In this document: piece after piece, positions 39,576-49,757 of the stretch | Numbering within the stretch: the stretch's first letter is position 1 | Layout of the letters: every line of letters begins with the position of its first letter | Assembly: GCA_051531935.1 (NCBI GenBank) | Contig: JAOPTR010000007.1 | Coordinates: 130,099-194,098 of the forward strand | DNA from: Hyphomicrobiales bacterium | GTDB taxonomy: Bacteria > Pseudomonadota > Alphaproteobacteria > Rhizobiales > OSC116 | Direction of reading: 5' to 3' | Length of the DNA stretch: 64,000 bases | Translations under genes and position numbers: made by a program | Notes under the pieces: model-generated | Database searches by the model: none | What the model saw: the letters and a program-made list of their open reading frames with translations, nothing else | Told to the model about the DNA's origin: nothing

Positions 39576-40267
39576 AAATTCAGCCCAAACCGAGTGTTGC
39601 GATTTTTAGTCACATATAAGCCCAATAGAACCAAAAATGAAAACCCAATCATAGCCGCCGATAAATAATGCGCCTGCGCATATTCAAGCGCTTCAACATG
39701 CTCATATATTTTTACCGAAACGACCTGTGTTTCATTCGGAATATTCCCACCAATCATTAAAACCACCCCAAATTCACCAACAGTATGGGCAAACCCCAAT
39801 ATTCCAGCGGTTAAAAATCCAGGTCTGGCCAACGGCATAGCCACACTAAAAAATCGGTCAATTGGCGATGCCCCTAAGCTCGATGCCATCTCCAATGGCC
39901 TTTTGCCAATAGTCTCAAATGCGTTTTGCAATGGCTGCACAACAAACGGGATCGAATATATGCAAGAGGCAACCACCAAACCCCAAAATGTAAATGCCAA
40001 ACTGCCGATGCCTAACCATGTGGTGGCGGAGCCAATAATGCCGCTGGGCGCAAAAGCAATTAATAAGTAAAAACCAATAACCGTAGGGGGTAATATAAGT
40101 GGCAAAGCCAACAAAGCCCCAATGGGCGCTTTGAATCTCGATCGGGTTTGTGACAACCACCAAGCAAGGGGAGTGCAAACAAGTAGCAATAAAATAGTCA
40201 CCGTAGTGGCTAACCGAGCGGTCAGCCAAATCGCCGCCATATCTTCTGCTAAAAAACCCATAAACAA
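39572..40267 (-). CDS. modB: Molybdate ABC transporter permease
   Basis: LPLILPPTVIGFYLL and FAHTVGEFGVVLMIGGNIP. Confidence 0.95.
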   Translation of the reverse strand: MFMGFLAEDMAAIWLTARLATTVTILLLLVCTPLAWWLSQTRSRFKAPIGALLALPLILPPTVIGFYLLIAFAPSGIIGSATTWLGIGSLAFTFWGLVVASCIYSIPFVVQPLQNAFETIGKRPLEMASSLGASPIDRFFSVAMPLARPGFLTAGILGFAHTVGEFGVVLMIGGNIPNETQVVSVKIYEHVEALEYAQAHYLSAAMIGFSFLVLLGLYVTKNRNTRFGLNL

Positions 40268-40279
40268 TCCCTAATTCGT

Positions 40280-41008
40280 TTATTTATAACCTAAGATCCT
40301 AATTGTGTCTTTCACCTTTTTACTTTTCATAAAATGCAAAAAATCAATTGCCGCTTGGTTGTTTTTAGCACGGTTCAACATCACTACATCTTGTTTAATT
40401 GGCTCGTAAAGTTGGGGGTCGATAACAAGGTAAGAGTTTATAGGCTCATTAAGAATTTGCGATAACGCCAATAAACCCTGTTCAACAGCACGGCTTTTAA
40501 CAAATTGGTAAACTTGCGCAACATTCTCGGCACGTATGTAGATATTTTTAGGTTGTTCAGGCTCATTAAATTTTTCAAGTGCTTGCAGTGCCGCAATTCC
40601 ATAAGGCGCAGTTTTGGGGTTGGCAATGGCTAATTTTTTGTCAAGATTTGCCAGCGCATTTGGTGCAAATATATCCAAATAAGGCGCCCATAAAACCAAT
40701 ATTCCCGTTGCATAGGTATATTCACTGGTTTTAAGAGCTAAATCTTGTTCAACAAGTCGGCTCGGTTTGTCTCTATCGGCCGAAAAAAACAGGTCAAACG
40801 GTGCGCCATGCAAAATTTGAGCGTATATTTTCCCAGATGAACCAACCACAATAGCAATTTCATGTCGGCTTTTTGCTTCAAACATTGAGGCCAATTTTTT
40901 CATCGGCAACGCAAAATTAGAAGCAACAGCAATGGTGGCTTTTTCCGCCCCAACGGGTGTTCCAAAACCCAAAAACATTGTCAATATTATTATTTTCCAA
41001 GCGGTCAT
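40280..41008 (-). CDS. modA: Molybdate ABC transporter substrate-binding protein
   Basis: AVASNF, GSSGK, GAPFDLF.SAD and ANPKTAPYG. Confidence 0.93.
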   Translation of the reverse strand: MTAWKIIILTMFLGFGTPVGAEKATIAVASNFALPMKKLASMFEAKSRHEIAIVVGSSGKIYAQILHGAPFDLFFSADRDKPSRLVEQDLALKTSEYTYATGILVLWAPYLDIFAPNALANLDKKLAIANPKTAPYGIAALQALEKFNEPEQPKNIYIRAENVAQVYQFVKSRAVEQGLLALSQILNEPINSYLVIDPQLYEPIKQDVVMLNRAKNNQAAIDFLHFMKSKKVKDTIRILGYK

Positions 41009-41252
41009 TTTACCAAATTCTCTCGTAGTTGAACATATATATACATGAATTATTTGAGGTAAAATATCAAAATAGTCTTCTATAACTAAAGTATAGTCTT
41101 AGTCCATTATACCACCAAGTAATTGAATTATATACAGTAAATTACCCTTTATAGTCCTCAAGACATTAGACGATATAATTAATTATATTTGATTAATCAA
41201 TTGGTAACCAAACTTACCTTAACGTAACGGTGGGGGACTTACTAAATACAAA

Positions 41253-43271
41253 GTGGTGCAAATGTTAAAATTTATCCCCAATGCTCTTAATAGCATTAAA
41301 GTTGGAACGCAGGTTACAATCGTAACGGCATTAAGCCTTATAACTCTTTCGGCTCTAACTTATGGTTCATATTACGAGGCTAAAACTCTAGCCGATACAA
41401 ATCATGCAAGTAATCATTCAGCTGCAAAATCTCAGATTTTTAACAAAATTTATAGTGACGGCCTACAAATGCGCCGTAATGAAAAAGATTATCTAGCCCG
41501 TTTATTACCAAAATACATCGAAAGATATGCACATTCGTCTGGTCGTGCATTAGAAGATGCAAAACATTTCAAAGAAATCGCCGACACGGCCGAAGAAATG
41601 AAACGCGTAGACCACATTATTGGTGGTCTTGAACAATCTCAAATACAATTTGCAAAAGTTGTAGATATGAAAAACCGCCTGGGCACAACGCCAGAAACAG
41701 GCATTCACGGTGAGCTTAGAAAAGCCGTGCACGATCTAGAAGATGCACTTAAAAAAATGAAGTCTAGCTCATCAAATAAAGCCAGTTTAGACATTCTAAC
41801 TGTCGAAATGCTGATGTTACGCCGCCATGAGAAAGACTTCATGTTGCGCAAAACCGATAAATATCTCAAAAAATTCAGCGACAGCATCAAAACGTTTAAC
41901 AAAACACTTAAAGCTTCAACGCTCAGTGTTGGTAATAAATCAAAGATCGCAGGTCTGATTAAAACTTATGATACTTTATTCTCAAAATGGAGCGATTTGG
42001 AATTAAAAACAAATATTGCATCTAAAGAATTAAGTGTAATCTATTCTACCATCGAGCCGGAAATTAAAGACTATACAAAAGAGTTTGATGAAGCCAGCAA
42101 CGAAATTGCGAGCAATAGAGATGCAATCGAAAAGGCCCATGATGATGAAGTGACGATAATCTACGGCTCCGTTGTGGCTATTATTCTATTCATTGCAATG
42201 CTCAGCTTCTTTGTAAGTCGTAACATTAGCGCAAAAATCCGCAACCTAAGTTCGATGATGGATAACTTAGCGGCTGGTAATTTAGAAGCAAAAATTGGCT
42301 ATACAAAATATAAAAATGAATTTGGTGTTATGGCACGTTCATTACTAATATTTAAAGATACTGCCAAAGACAACATTAAACGCGAAGGCATCAAACAAAC
42401 TCGTTTAGCCAAAGAGGCCGAAAAAGCTGGCGAGTTGCGTAATGTAATTGAAGAATTTAAAGGTTTCTCAAGCTCAAAACTTCAAAACGTAAATGCTGCT
42501 TCTGGCAATCTAGAAAAAGTATCACATAGCCTTCTTCAATCTACAAATGAAATTAAATCACAAAGTGAAGTGGTTAAAGAAAATGTAGGCAATACATCAA
42601 TGAACGTAACAGGCGTTGCCGCTGCAACCGAGGAAATGTCAATCGCTGTTTCCGAAATTGCCGCACAAGCCGCAGGCAGTGCCGCCATTGTCGAGGAAGC
42701 CAAAGGTAAAACTGCAGAAACTGTTGAGCAAATCACAGCGCTTACAGCCAGTGCTAAAAAAATCGAAACAGTTGTAAAACTTATTGATGAAATTGCCGAG
42801 CAAACCAACTTGCTTGCCCTAAACGCAACCATCGAAGCCGCTCGAGCGGGCGATGCTGGTCGCGGCTTCGCAGTTGTTGCCAATGAGGTGAAATCACTGG
42901 CCGATCAAACAGGTAAAGCCACAGGCGATATTGCTGCCCAAATTAGCCAAATTCAACGAGATGGCGACCTTGCTGCACAAACAGTTGGTGAGATGGATCA
43001 AATCATTACCAATTTGTCAGAAGCCTCTCTAGGTGTTGCCGCAGCGGTGGAAGAACAAAGCGCGGCTATTGGCGAAATTTCATCAAATGTAACAGCAGCA
43101 TCTGATCTGTCTCAACAAAGTGCAGAATCTATGGATGTCGCCTCTGGAAGTGTGGATATCGTACATAGTATTTCTGATGAAGTGATGACCGTTGCCGATA
43201 GCATGAAAAATGAAATTGGCGCCTTGGAAGATGATATTAACCTCTTCCTCAAAAAGATCAACGAAGCCTAA
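41253..43271 (+). CDS. Methyl-accepting chemotaxis protein with HBM-like periplasmic sensor
   Basis: Two TM helices, duplicated RR(N/H)EKD(Y/F) motif, HAMP, and signalling tip [20 protein letters not shown]. Confidence 0.93.
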   Translation: MVQMLKFIPNALNSIKVGTQVTIVTALSLITLSALTYGSYYEAKTLADTNHASNHSAAKSQIFNKIYSDGLQMRRNEKDYLARLLPKYIERYAHSSGRALEDAKHFKEIADTAEEMKRVDHIIGGLEQSQIQFAKVVDMKNRLGTTPETGIHGELRKAVHDLEDALKKMKSSSSNKASLDILTVEMLMLRRHEKDFMLRKTDKYLKKFSDSIKTFNKTLKASTLSVGNKSKIAGLIKTYDTLFSKWSDLELKTNIASKELSVIYSTIEPEIKDYTKEFDEASNEIASNRDAIEKAHDDEVTIIYGSVVAIILFIAMLSFFVSRNISAKIRNLSSMMDNLAAGNLEAKIGYTKYKNEFGVMARSLLIFKDTAKDNIKREGIKQTRLAKEAEKAGELRNVIEEFKGFSSSKLQNVNAASGNLEKVSHSLLQSTNEIKSQSEVVKENVGNTSMNVTGVAAATEEMSIAVSEIAAQAAGSAAIVEEAKGKTAETVEQITALTASAKKIETVVKLIDEIAEQTNLLALNATIEAARAGDAGRGFAVVANEVKSLADQTGKATGDIAAQISQIQRDGDLAAQTVGEMDQIITNLSEASLGVAAAVEEQSAAIGEISSNVTAASDLSQQSAESMDVASGSVDIVHSISDEVMTVADSMKNEIGALEDDINLFLKKINEA

Positions 43272-43297
43272 TCCCTCCCTATTAGGCGAATTCAATC

Positions 43298-43334
43298 AAG
43301 CATGTTCAAACGTAAAGTTTAGGCATGCTTTTTT
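43298..43334 (+). terminator. Rho-independent terminator after the MCP gene
   Basis: AAGCATGTTCAAAC-gtaaa-GTTTAGGCATGCTT stem (with G-U pairs and one mismatch) followed by a T-run. Confidence 0.6.
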
Positions 43335-43357
43335 GCTTTTTGTGCTACCTTTCTAAA

Positions 43358-44155
43358 ATGATTAATGAAACACCTAAAACCGAGCTTTCTGGTGGCCGCA
43401 AAGGCCAAATTTTTAAACAAGGAAATCTGGTTACACGGCCTCTAAACCCGTGGACAAAAACCATCCATGCCTATTTAAATCACCTGCATCATCAAGGGTT
43501 AGCTTTTGTGCCTCTGCCGCATAATATAGACGAGGCATCCGCCACCGAACAGGTCAGCTATATTGAAGGCGAAGTGTGTAGCTACCCTATAAATGACGCC
43601 TTTTTATCAGAAACAGCACTCATTTCGGCCGCAAAATTACTACGCCAATTGCACGATGCTTCTGTCGGTTTCTTAAGCCAACTCAAAGGCGATGAAGTGT
43701 GGATGTTACCGTGCCTCAGCCCCGCCGAGGTCATCTGCCATGCCGATTACGCACCTTATAATGCGGTGGTTAAAGATAATCAGGTTGTTGGTATTATAGA
43801 TTTTGATACCTGCCACCCAGGCACAAGAGTTTGGGATGTTGCCTATGCCATTTACCGTTGGGGGCCACTAAGCCGCCCCGGTGCCGATGGTGTTTCAGGA
43901 AGCACACAACAACATATTGCCCGCGCAAAGCAATTTTGCGACGCTTATGGCCTCACGGCTCAACAGCGAGCAGAAATCACACCTATTATGGTCGAACGGC
44001 TGCATAAAATGATAGATTATATTGTCACGCAAGCCAAAAACGGCAACCAAACCTTCATCGCAAACATGGATGATGGCCACCATATCCACTATCAAAAGGA
44101 TATAGATTTCTTAACCAAAAACATGTCCATGATTACCCAAGGTCTAGCGCTTTAA
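43358..44155 (+). CDS. Aminoglycoside phosphotransferase (APH/ChoK) family kinase
   Basis: LSGG N-terminus, Brenner-like CHADYAPYN and GIIDFD. Confidence 0.85.
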   Translation: MINETPKTELSGGRKGQIFKQGNLVTRPLNPWTKTIHAYLNHLHHQGLAFVPLPHNIDEASATEQVSYIEGEVCSYPINDAFLSETALISAAKLLRQLHDASVGFLSQLKGDEVWMLPCLSPAEVICHADYAPYNAVVKDNQVVGIIDFDTCHPGTRVWDVAYAIYRWGPLSRPGADGVSGSTQQHIARAKQFCDAYGLTAQQRAEITPIMVERLHKMIDYIVTQAKNGNQTFIANMDDGHHIHYQKDIDFLTKNMSMITQGLAL

Positions 44156-44169
44156 CAAACTATAACCAA

Positions 44170-44952
44170 TTATTTAGGGTGTTTCTCATGCCAGTCAGCA
44201 ATAAATTTATTGGCTTTTTTTAAGTCGGCATCAGATAATCTGCGGAATAAAATGGCTTTATTGTCTTCGTTTTCAGCCAATGCAAAAAACGCATATGCCA
44301 ATACATTACTTTGGCGAAGTCCCTCGCCATTGGTGAACATAGCCCCAATATTGTTTAAGGCTCTGTAATTGCCTTGGTTTGCAGCATTCAAATACCAGTT
44401 AAAGGCTTGTTTATAATCTTGTTTCACACCAGTTCCATTGGCATAAACAATGCCCAAATTATACTGTGCGTCGCTATAACCTTGGTTGGCAGCTTTTAAA
44501 TACCATATAATGGCCTGTTTATCACTTTGCTCAACACCCGTTCCATCTTGATAAATCTGTGCAAGGTTATATTGAGCTTCGGGCAGGTTTTGGTTGGCGG
44601 CTTTCACAAACCATTTAATGGCTTGCTCTTGGTCATGTTCCACGCCATTTCCGTCTGCATATAATAAGCCGATGTTAAATTGAGCATCAGGGTTGTTTTG
44701 TGCGGCAGCTTTTAAATACCATTCAATGGCAAGTGCCATATTCTTTTCAACGCCCTCGCCATCTTCATATAATGAGCCCATGTTAAATTGTGCGCCCGAA
44801 CTACCTTGTTCTGCGGCTTGGCGGTATAATTTGGCAGCGGTTGCATAATCTTTGGCGTCAAGCGCCTTATCCGCATCATCCAATATATCGGCAGATGCCA
44901 TAGTCGAAAACAAAAGCCCAAGGCTTAATATAGCAATACGTAACAAATTCAC
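44170..44952 (-). CDS. Secreted Sel1-repeat protein
   Basis: Signal peptide and about five 36-aa repeats AQ(F/Y)N(L/M/I)G..Y..G.GV..D...A..W(Y/F).KAA.Q. Confidence 0.9.
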   Translation of the reverse strand: MNLLRIAILSLGLLFSTMASADILDDADKALDAKDYATAAKLYRQAAEQGSSGAQFNMGSLYEDGEGVEKNMALAIEWYLKAAAQNNPDAQFNIGLLYADGNGVEHDQEQAIKWFVKAANQNLPEAQYNLAQIYQDGTGVEQSDKQAIIWYLKAANQGYSDAQYNLGIVYANGTGVKQDYKQAFNWYLNAANQGNYRALNNIGAMFTNGEGLRQSNVLAYAFFALAENEDNKAILFRRLSDADLKKANKFIADWHEKHPK

Positions 44953-45060
44953 ACTCCCATGCAGGTCTTAACTTAGACTAAAGGCTTAATTTCTTGCACT
45001 ATATTCAAAAACATAGGTATTTTCAACATTCAATAAAAAATAACATTAACGCCCCTTCAA

Positions 45061-45340
45061 TCAAAATATTCCCACACCAACAACAAACTCCAAAACCACC
45101 ACACGACTCCCACCCCCCCCTAAACTAACTCAACAACAACAAGCACTCCCAAACCAATCCCCACCCCCATTCATCAACAAAACGCACTCCCAAACCAACC
45201 CCACGAATACACATCAACACCACAAACCCCCTAACTCATATTCGCGCCCACTCACCATTACCACGCGGTCTCGAACTCACCTCCGTTCCCCGCCACCCAA
45301 AACTCGTCGCTCACCTCAAGGACAGCAATTCCACCCCAAG
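45061..45340. repeat. C/A-rich, G-depleted low-complexity tract with internal direct repeats
   Basis: Only 4 G in 45061-45240. GCACTCCCAAACCAA occurs at 45143 and 45184, CTCACC three times, and there is a C8 run at 45113-45120. Confidence 0.8.
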
Positions 45341-45342
45341 AG

Positions 45343-45388
45343 TTGACATTCATATATTTATCTATATAAAATAGACCGACCGTTCGGT
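45343..45388 (+). promoter_or_regulatory. Sigma70 promoter plus putative TetR operator
   Basis: TTGACA (45343) N18 TAAAAT (45367), followed by the near-palindrome ACCGACCGTTCGGT (45375-45388), upstream of the TetR gene. Confidence 0.72.
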
Positions 45389-45415
45389 TATGAAAACACC
45401 AATAAGGGGTGAGAA

Positions 45416-45988
45416 ATGAATCAAACACTAAAAGTAAACAAACGCGATGTCATCTTAGAAGTCGCAACCGATCTTTTTCTCAAACATGGTTACGATGGCA
45501 CTGGCATAGAACAAATCATACTCACCGCCGAAACTTCGCGCGGCGGGCTTTATCATCATTTTAAAAATAAAGATGCATTGCATCTTGCGGTGTTAAATCA
45601 ATTATTCCTAGCCCCCATGCAATCCATGTCGTTCGATAATTTCGCAAAAATGCCGCTCAAAACGCAGCAAGGTATGTTGGTAGATTTATTCCGCTCCATG
45701 CCCCAAACAATGGATGCGATGACACGTCATGGCGTGGCAAAATATTTTGCATTATATTTCGATAGCGTCTCTCGTGTCCCTGAGTTCAAAACCACGGTGC
45801 GCGCTTACTATCAAGAGCTTCTATCAATCCTAAAACAAACCATGATGACCGAGCGTGGCCTCGCTGAAAACGTAGCTCGCCAGCAAGCAAGAGCATTCTT
45901 GGCGCGTTTAGAAGGCGAAATTTATCTATGCGCAGTGCTCGGCGATAAACCCGATTTAAGTAAATTATCAAAAGAAATGGATGTATAA
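45416..45988 (+). CDS. TetR/AcrR family transcriptional regulator
   Basis: ILEVATDLF...GYDGT...SRGGLYHHFKNK. Confidence 0.92.
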   Translation: MNQTLKVNKRDVILEVATDLFLKHGYDGTGIEQIILTAETSRGGLYHHFKNKDALHLAVLNQLFLAPMQSMSFDNFAKMPLKTQQGMLVDLFRSMPQTMDAMTRHGVAKYFALYFDSVSRVPEFKTTVRAYYQELLSILKQTMMTERGLAENVARQQARAFLARLEGEIYLCAVLGDKPDLSKLSKEMDV

Positions 45989-46678
45989 ATGTTAGATTTA
46001 TATAATAAAAAAGGCAGTTCCATACTGCAAAAATCCATCATCACGGCTTTCGAAATTCTGCTCATATATCTTTCATATTATATCATGTTCGATGAAGGCG
46101 CATCTTGGCTCGCGTTAAATTTCGAGTTCACCATTCCCGACTACATTCCGACACGTCGTTATGTCATACTTATTTTCTCAACCGTCATTCTATTGCGAAT
46201 GGCATTTATGATGTTCTATCTCATGAAACGCACAATCCCATGGTCAGAAACATTGTCTGTCCCGGGTGCATTCACCATCTATTATGTAGGTTTCGCATTA
46301 CTCGTCTTGCCAAATGGCGCAGCATTAGGCCCGTGGGATTGGTTCGCAATCGCCTTATTCATTTTAGGTTGTTATCTCAACACAGCGTCAGAATATCAGC
46401 GGCACATCTTCAAATTAAATCCCGCCAATAAAGGTAAATTATATACGCAAGGCTTGTTTAAACACAGCATGCACATCAATTATTTTGGCGACATCGTTTG
46501 GGTAACCGCTTATGCGATCATTGCAGGCAGCTTTTGGGGAGTCGGTATCATCATCATGCTCACCAGCTTTTTTGCATATACCAACATACCGCTGTTAGAT
46601 AAATATCTTGAGAATCGTTATCCAGAATTCACCGATTACGAAGCCAAAACCAAAAAGCTAATCCCCTATATTTGGTAA
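45989..46678 (+). CDS. DUF1295 / steroid 5-alpha-reductase-like membrane protein
   Basis: EYQRHIFK.NPANKGKLYTQGLF..SMHINYFGD and Y...TKKLIPYIW. Confidence 0.8.
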   Translation: MLDLYNKKGSSILQKSIITAFEILLIYLSYYIMFDEGASWLALNFEFTIPDYIPTRRYVILIFSTVILLRMAFMMFYLMKRTIPWSETLSVPGAFTIYYVGFALLVLPNGAALGPWDWFAIALFILGCYLNTASEYQRHIFKLNPANKGKLYTQGLFKHSMHINYFGDIVWVTAYAIIAGSFWGVGIIIMLTSFFAYTNIPLLDKYLENRYPEFTDYEAKTKKLIPYIW

Positions 46679-46679
46679 G

Positions 46680-47822
46680 CTAGTGCTTAATCGCAATCAT
46701 AATGTCCATCACATTGGTGCCAGTGGGGCCGCAAGTGAATAACGCATCATGTTCAGCCAAATAATCACCAGCACTGGCTTTACGCAATGCAGTTTTTGCG
46801 GCTTCAACATCACTAAAAGTCGTGCCGTCAACAATCGCACCTGCGGCTTGTGTTGGGCCATCAGTTCCGTCAGTTCCTGCCACAATCAGCTCAATGTTCT
46901 CATGTCCATATAATTGCTCAGCCAATGCAAGCCCAAGGCTTTGGTTGCGGCCGCCATTGCCGGGCAGGGGCGGTAAAATAATCGTTGGCTCACCACCAAA
47001 TATGTAAACGCCTTTTTCACCATCAATCAATCGTTTGGCCAATTGGGGTGCAAGCGCATAAACATCATCATATAAACATTCTTCATTGCAAATCACTTCA
47101 TGCCCATCCGCAATCACTGCATTTTCAACTGCAGCCCGTGCAATCGCGTTCGAGGCTATGTTGTAACTATTCACAATAGGCTTAGCCGCACTTAATAAAT
47201 GCAATTCTTCATCATAATATCCAATGCCCGAACCAACAACGCTCAGCGCATCACCTTCCACATCCGAAATATAAAATATATCAAGCCTTGCACCTGTAAA
47301 ATGGCTCAGCAATTTGCCAAATTTTATTTGCGATAACTTCCGTCGCTGCTTATTCATTTCGCCAATCGGCAGCCCTTCAGCCATCATTTTCACATTCAGC
47401 GTTTGTAAATCAAACAATGTTAAGCCAGCGGCCAAATGCTCAACCAATGAAGATGCACCGCCCGAAACCAAAAACACCAGTCGGCTGTCGTCAGGCAAAC
47501 TTTTCACTTTGTGCAATAACGCTTCACCAGCCTTCAAACAATTCTCGTCAGGTATCGGGTGGGCGGTTTCCAATGTGGTTACAGAGCTGTAATCATCAAT
47601 TGCCTCAAGCCCATGGCCGTATTTAGTAATAATTAAGGCCTCAGTTTCAGGCTTGCCGATCGCTCGCAATGCCCCCAATGCCATAGATGATGCGGCTTTT
47701 CCAACAGCAATAATCACGTCAGCATAAAGCGCATTACATTGCTTCATTGCGCTAAAAACCGCTTTTTCACCCAAAGCGGCATCAACACCCGCTTGCCAAT
47801 ATTTTATTAAATTATTTTTCAT
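46680..47822 (-). CDS. Glycerate 2-kinase, MOFRL/DUF4147 (TtuD) family
   Basis: GKAA, AHPIPD, SGGASSL, ISDVEGD, GGRNQ, GTDGTDG and GPTGTNVMD. Confidence 0.9.
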   Translation of the reverse strand: MKNNLIKYWQAGVDAALGEKAVFSAMKQCNALYADVIIAVGKAASSMALGALRAIGKPETEALIITKYGHGLEAIDDYSSVTTLETAHPIPDENCLKAGEALLHKVKSLPDDSRLVFLVSGGASSLVEHLAAGLTLFDLQTLNVKMMAEGLPIGEMNKQRRKLSQIKFGKLLSHFTGARLDIFYISDVEGDALSVVGSGIGYYDEELHLLSAAKPIVNSYNIASNAIARAAVENAVIADGHEVICNEECLYDDVYALAPQLAKRLIDGEKGVYIFGGEPTIILPPLPGNGGRNQSLGLALAEQLYGHENIELIVAGTDGTDGPTQAAGAIVDGTTFSDVEAAKTALRKASAGDYLAEHDALFTCGPTGTNVMDIMIAIKH

Positions 47823-48071
47823 GATTTTTTGTAACGCATAATCAATTTCTTCACAACTGCCCTAACGTCCAGTCCTCACTTTTTGGTGATAACGCAAGAA
47901 TCTTGCGCTAAACTACATAAATATCATGGTGTTTACTTGACTCATTATACGAGGCATGCAGAATATCAACTAGTCTAACATATTCAGTTACGCTGAATAT
48001 ATTTAGCAATAAAAATAAGGTGGAACTTAGAATAAATCTAATAACCCACCGTTCCAACGAGGGAAATTAAT

Positions 48072-49670
48072 ATGAAAAAAAGTCTCTTCGCACTGGCTAT
48101 CTTGGCAGGTACAACTGCTCTAAGTGGCACCGCGTTCGCAGCAGACAAAACACTGGTTTACTGTTCAGAAGGCAGCCCAGATGGTTTTGATGCTTCGCTT
48201 TACGATTCAGGCACAACATTGGATGCTTCAGCAAACACAATGTTTGACGGCTTGGTAAACTTTAAAATTGGCACAACCGAAGTTGTGGGTGGCGTGGCCG
48301 AAAGCTGGTCAATGTCAGATGATGGCCTTGAGCTAACATTTAACCTACGTTCAGGTGTTAAATTCCATACAACCGACTATTTCACACCAACACGTGAGCT
48401 GAATGCAGATGATGTTATCTTCTCATTCAACCGCCAAATGGACAAAGAAAATGCTTACTACAAGCATAATAATGGCCAATGGTTGTATTTCGGTTACATG
48501 GATATGGCTAATCTTATCAAAGACATTAAACGTGTTGATGATATGACAGTTACATTCGTTCTAGATCACCCAGAAGCACCAATCGTAGCTAACCTTGCTA
48601 TGGCGTTTGCGGGCATTCAATCTGCAGAATATGCAGCACAAGTCGAAGCCTCTGGCAACCTAGATGACATGAACCAAAAACCAGTTGGTACCGGTCCATT
48701 TAAATTCGTTAACTATCAAAAAGATGCAGTCATTCGCTATGCAGCTAATGGCGATTATTGGGGCGGCAAGCCTGCGGTTGATAACCTAATTTATTCAATC
48801 ACTCCAGATGCATCAGTTCGTTTCCAAAAAATGAAAGCTGGCGAATGTCATGTTATGCCATACCCTGCTCCTTCAGAGTTGGATATGATCAAAGCAACAG
48901 ATGGCATCACATTGATGCAATCAGAAGGCCTAAACGTTGGCTATCTTGCTTATAACGTCGAAAAAGAAAACTTGGGCAACGTTAAAGTGCGTAAAGCGCT
49001 TAACCATGCGATCAACAAACAAGCCATTAAAGACGTTGTGTTTAGCGGCTATGCTACCATTGCTAAAAACCCAATTCCACCGACTATGTGGTCATATGAC
49101 GATTCAACTGTCGATGATGGATATGACGTAGAAAAAGCCAAAGCATTACTTGCTGAAGCTGGTCTTGCTGATGGTTTCAAAACCAACATTTGGGCAATGC
49201 CTGTTCAACGTCCATACAACCCAGATGCTAAGAAAATGGCCGAGCTTATTCAAGCTGACTGGGCAAAAATTGGCGTAGATGCTGAAATTGTAACTTTCGA
49301 ATGGGGTGAATATCTTAAACGCTCTAAAGAAGGCGAACATGACACAGTATTATTAGGTTGGACTGGTGATAATGGTGATCCAGATAACTTTATGCGTGTA
49401 TTGCTAGGTAAAGTAGCTGCCGAACAAGGTGGTAACCGCGCACGTTGGACTAACCCAGAATTTGAAGCCGAACTTCAAGCTGCATTGTTAACAACAGACG
49501 CTGCCGCTCGTACTGCAAGCTACAAAAAAGCTCAAAGCATCTTTAAAGCCGAAGCTCCATGGGCAACCATCGCGCATAGCATCGTATTTATGCCTGTAAG
49601 CGATAAAGTGACTGGTTATGTGGTAGATCCACTAGGCGGCCATTGGTTCAGCCAAGTAGACATGAAATAG
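48072..49670 (+). CDS. dppA: Dipeptide ABC transporter substrate-binding protein
   Basis: TLVYCSEGSP, WAMPVQRPYNP, FEWGEYLKR and GWTGDNGDPDNF. Confidence 0.95.
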   Translation: MKKSLFALAILAGTTALSGTAFAADKTLVYCSEGSPDGFDASLYDSGTTLDASANTMFDGLVNFKIGTTEVVGGVAESWSMSDDGLELTFNLRSGVKFHTTDYFTPTRELNADDVIFSFNRQMDKENAYYKHNNGQWLYFGYMDMANLIKDIKRVDDMTVTFVLDHPEAPIVANLAMAFAGIQSAEYAAQVEASGNLDDMNQKPVGTGPFKFVNYQKDAVIRYAANGDYWGGKPAVDNLIYSITPDASVRFQKMKAGECHVMPYPAPSELDMIKATDGITLMQSEGLNVGYLAYNVEKENLGNVKVRKALNHAINKQAIKDVVFSGYATIAKNPIPPTMWSYDDSTVDDGYDVEKAKALLAEAGLADGFKTNIWAMPVQRPYNPDAKKMAELIQADWAKIGVDAEIVTFEWGEYLKRSKEGEHDTVLLGWTGDNGDPDNFMRVLLGKVAAEQGGNRARWTNPEFEAELQAALLTTDAAARTASYKKAQSIFKAEAPWATIAHSIVFMPVSDKVTGYVVDPLGGHWFSQVDMK

Positions 49671-49691
49671 ATTTCATAATCTAAACAATAT

Positions 49692-49732
49692 GGCAGATCT
49701 GTGGGGGAATACCGCACAGGTCTGCCTTTTTT
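49692..49732 (+). terminator. Stem-loop with T-tract after dppA
   Basis: GGCAGATCTGTGGGG...CCGCACAGGTCTGCC followed by TTTTTT. Confidence 0.75.
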
Positions 49733-49757
49733 AATATTTTATAGAGTTAGCTCCTAA

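Noticed and set aside
41024-41096. Possible ModE/Mop box upstream of modA (TATATATA; CTATA-N7-TATAG)
   Set aside because: It lacks the conserved flanking CG...CG arms and correct spacing, the context is AT-rich, and no modE gene is in the window.
45143-45198. 15-nt direct repeat with 41-nt period as a possible mini-CRISPR
   Set aside because: There are only two copies, the repeat is too short, the spacer is low-complexity, and no cas genes are present.
45050-45346. Stop-free plus-strand frame of about 98 codons (Pro/Thr/Gln/Asn-rich) across the C/A tract
   Set aside because: It has no ATG/GTG/TTG start or RBS, and the absence of stops is expected from the scarcity of T and G.
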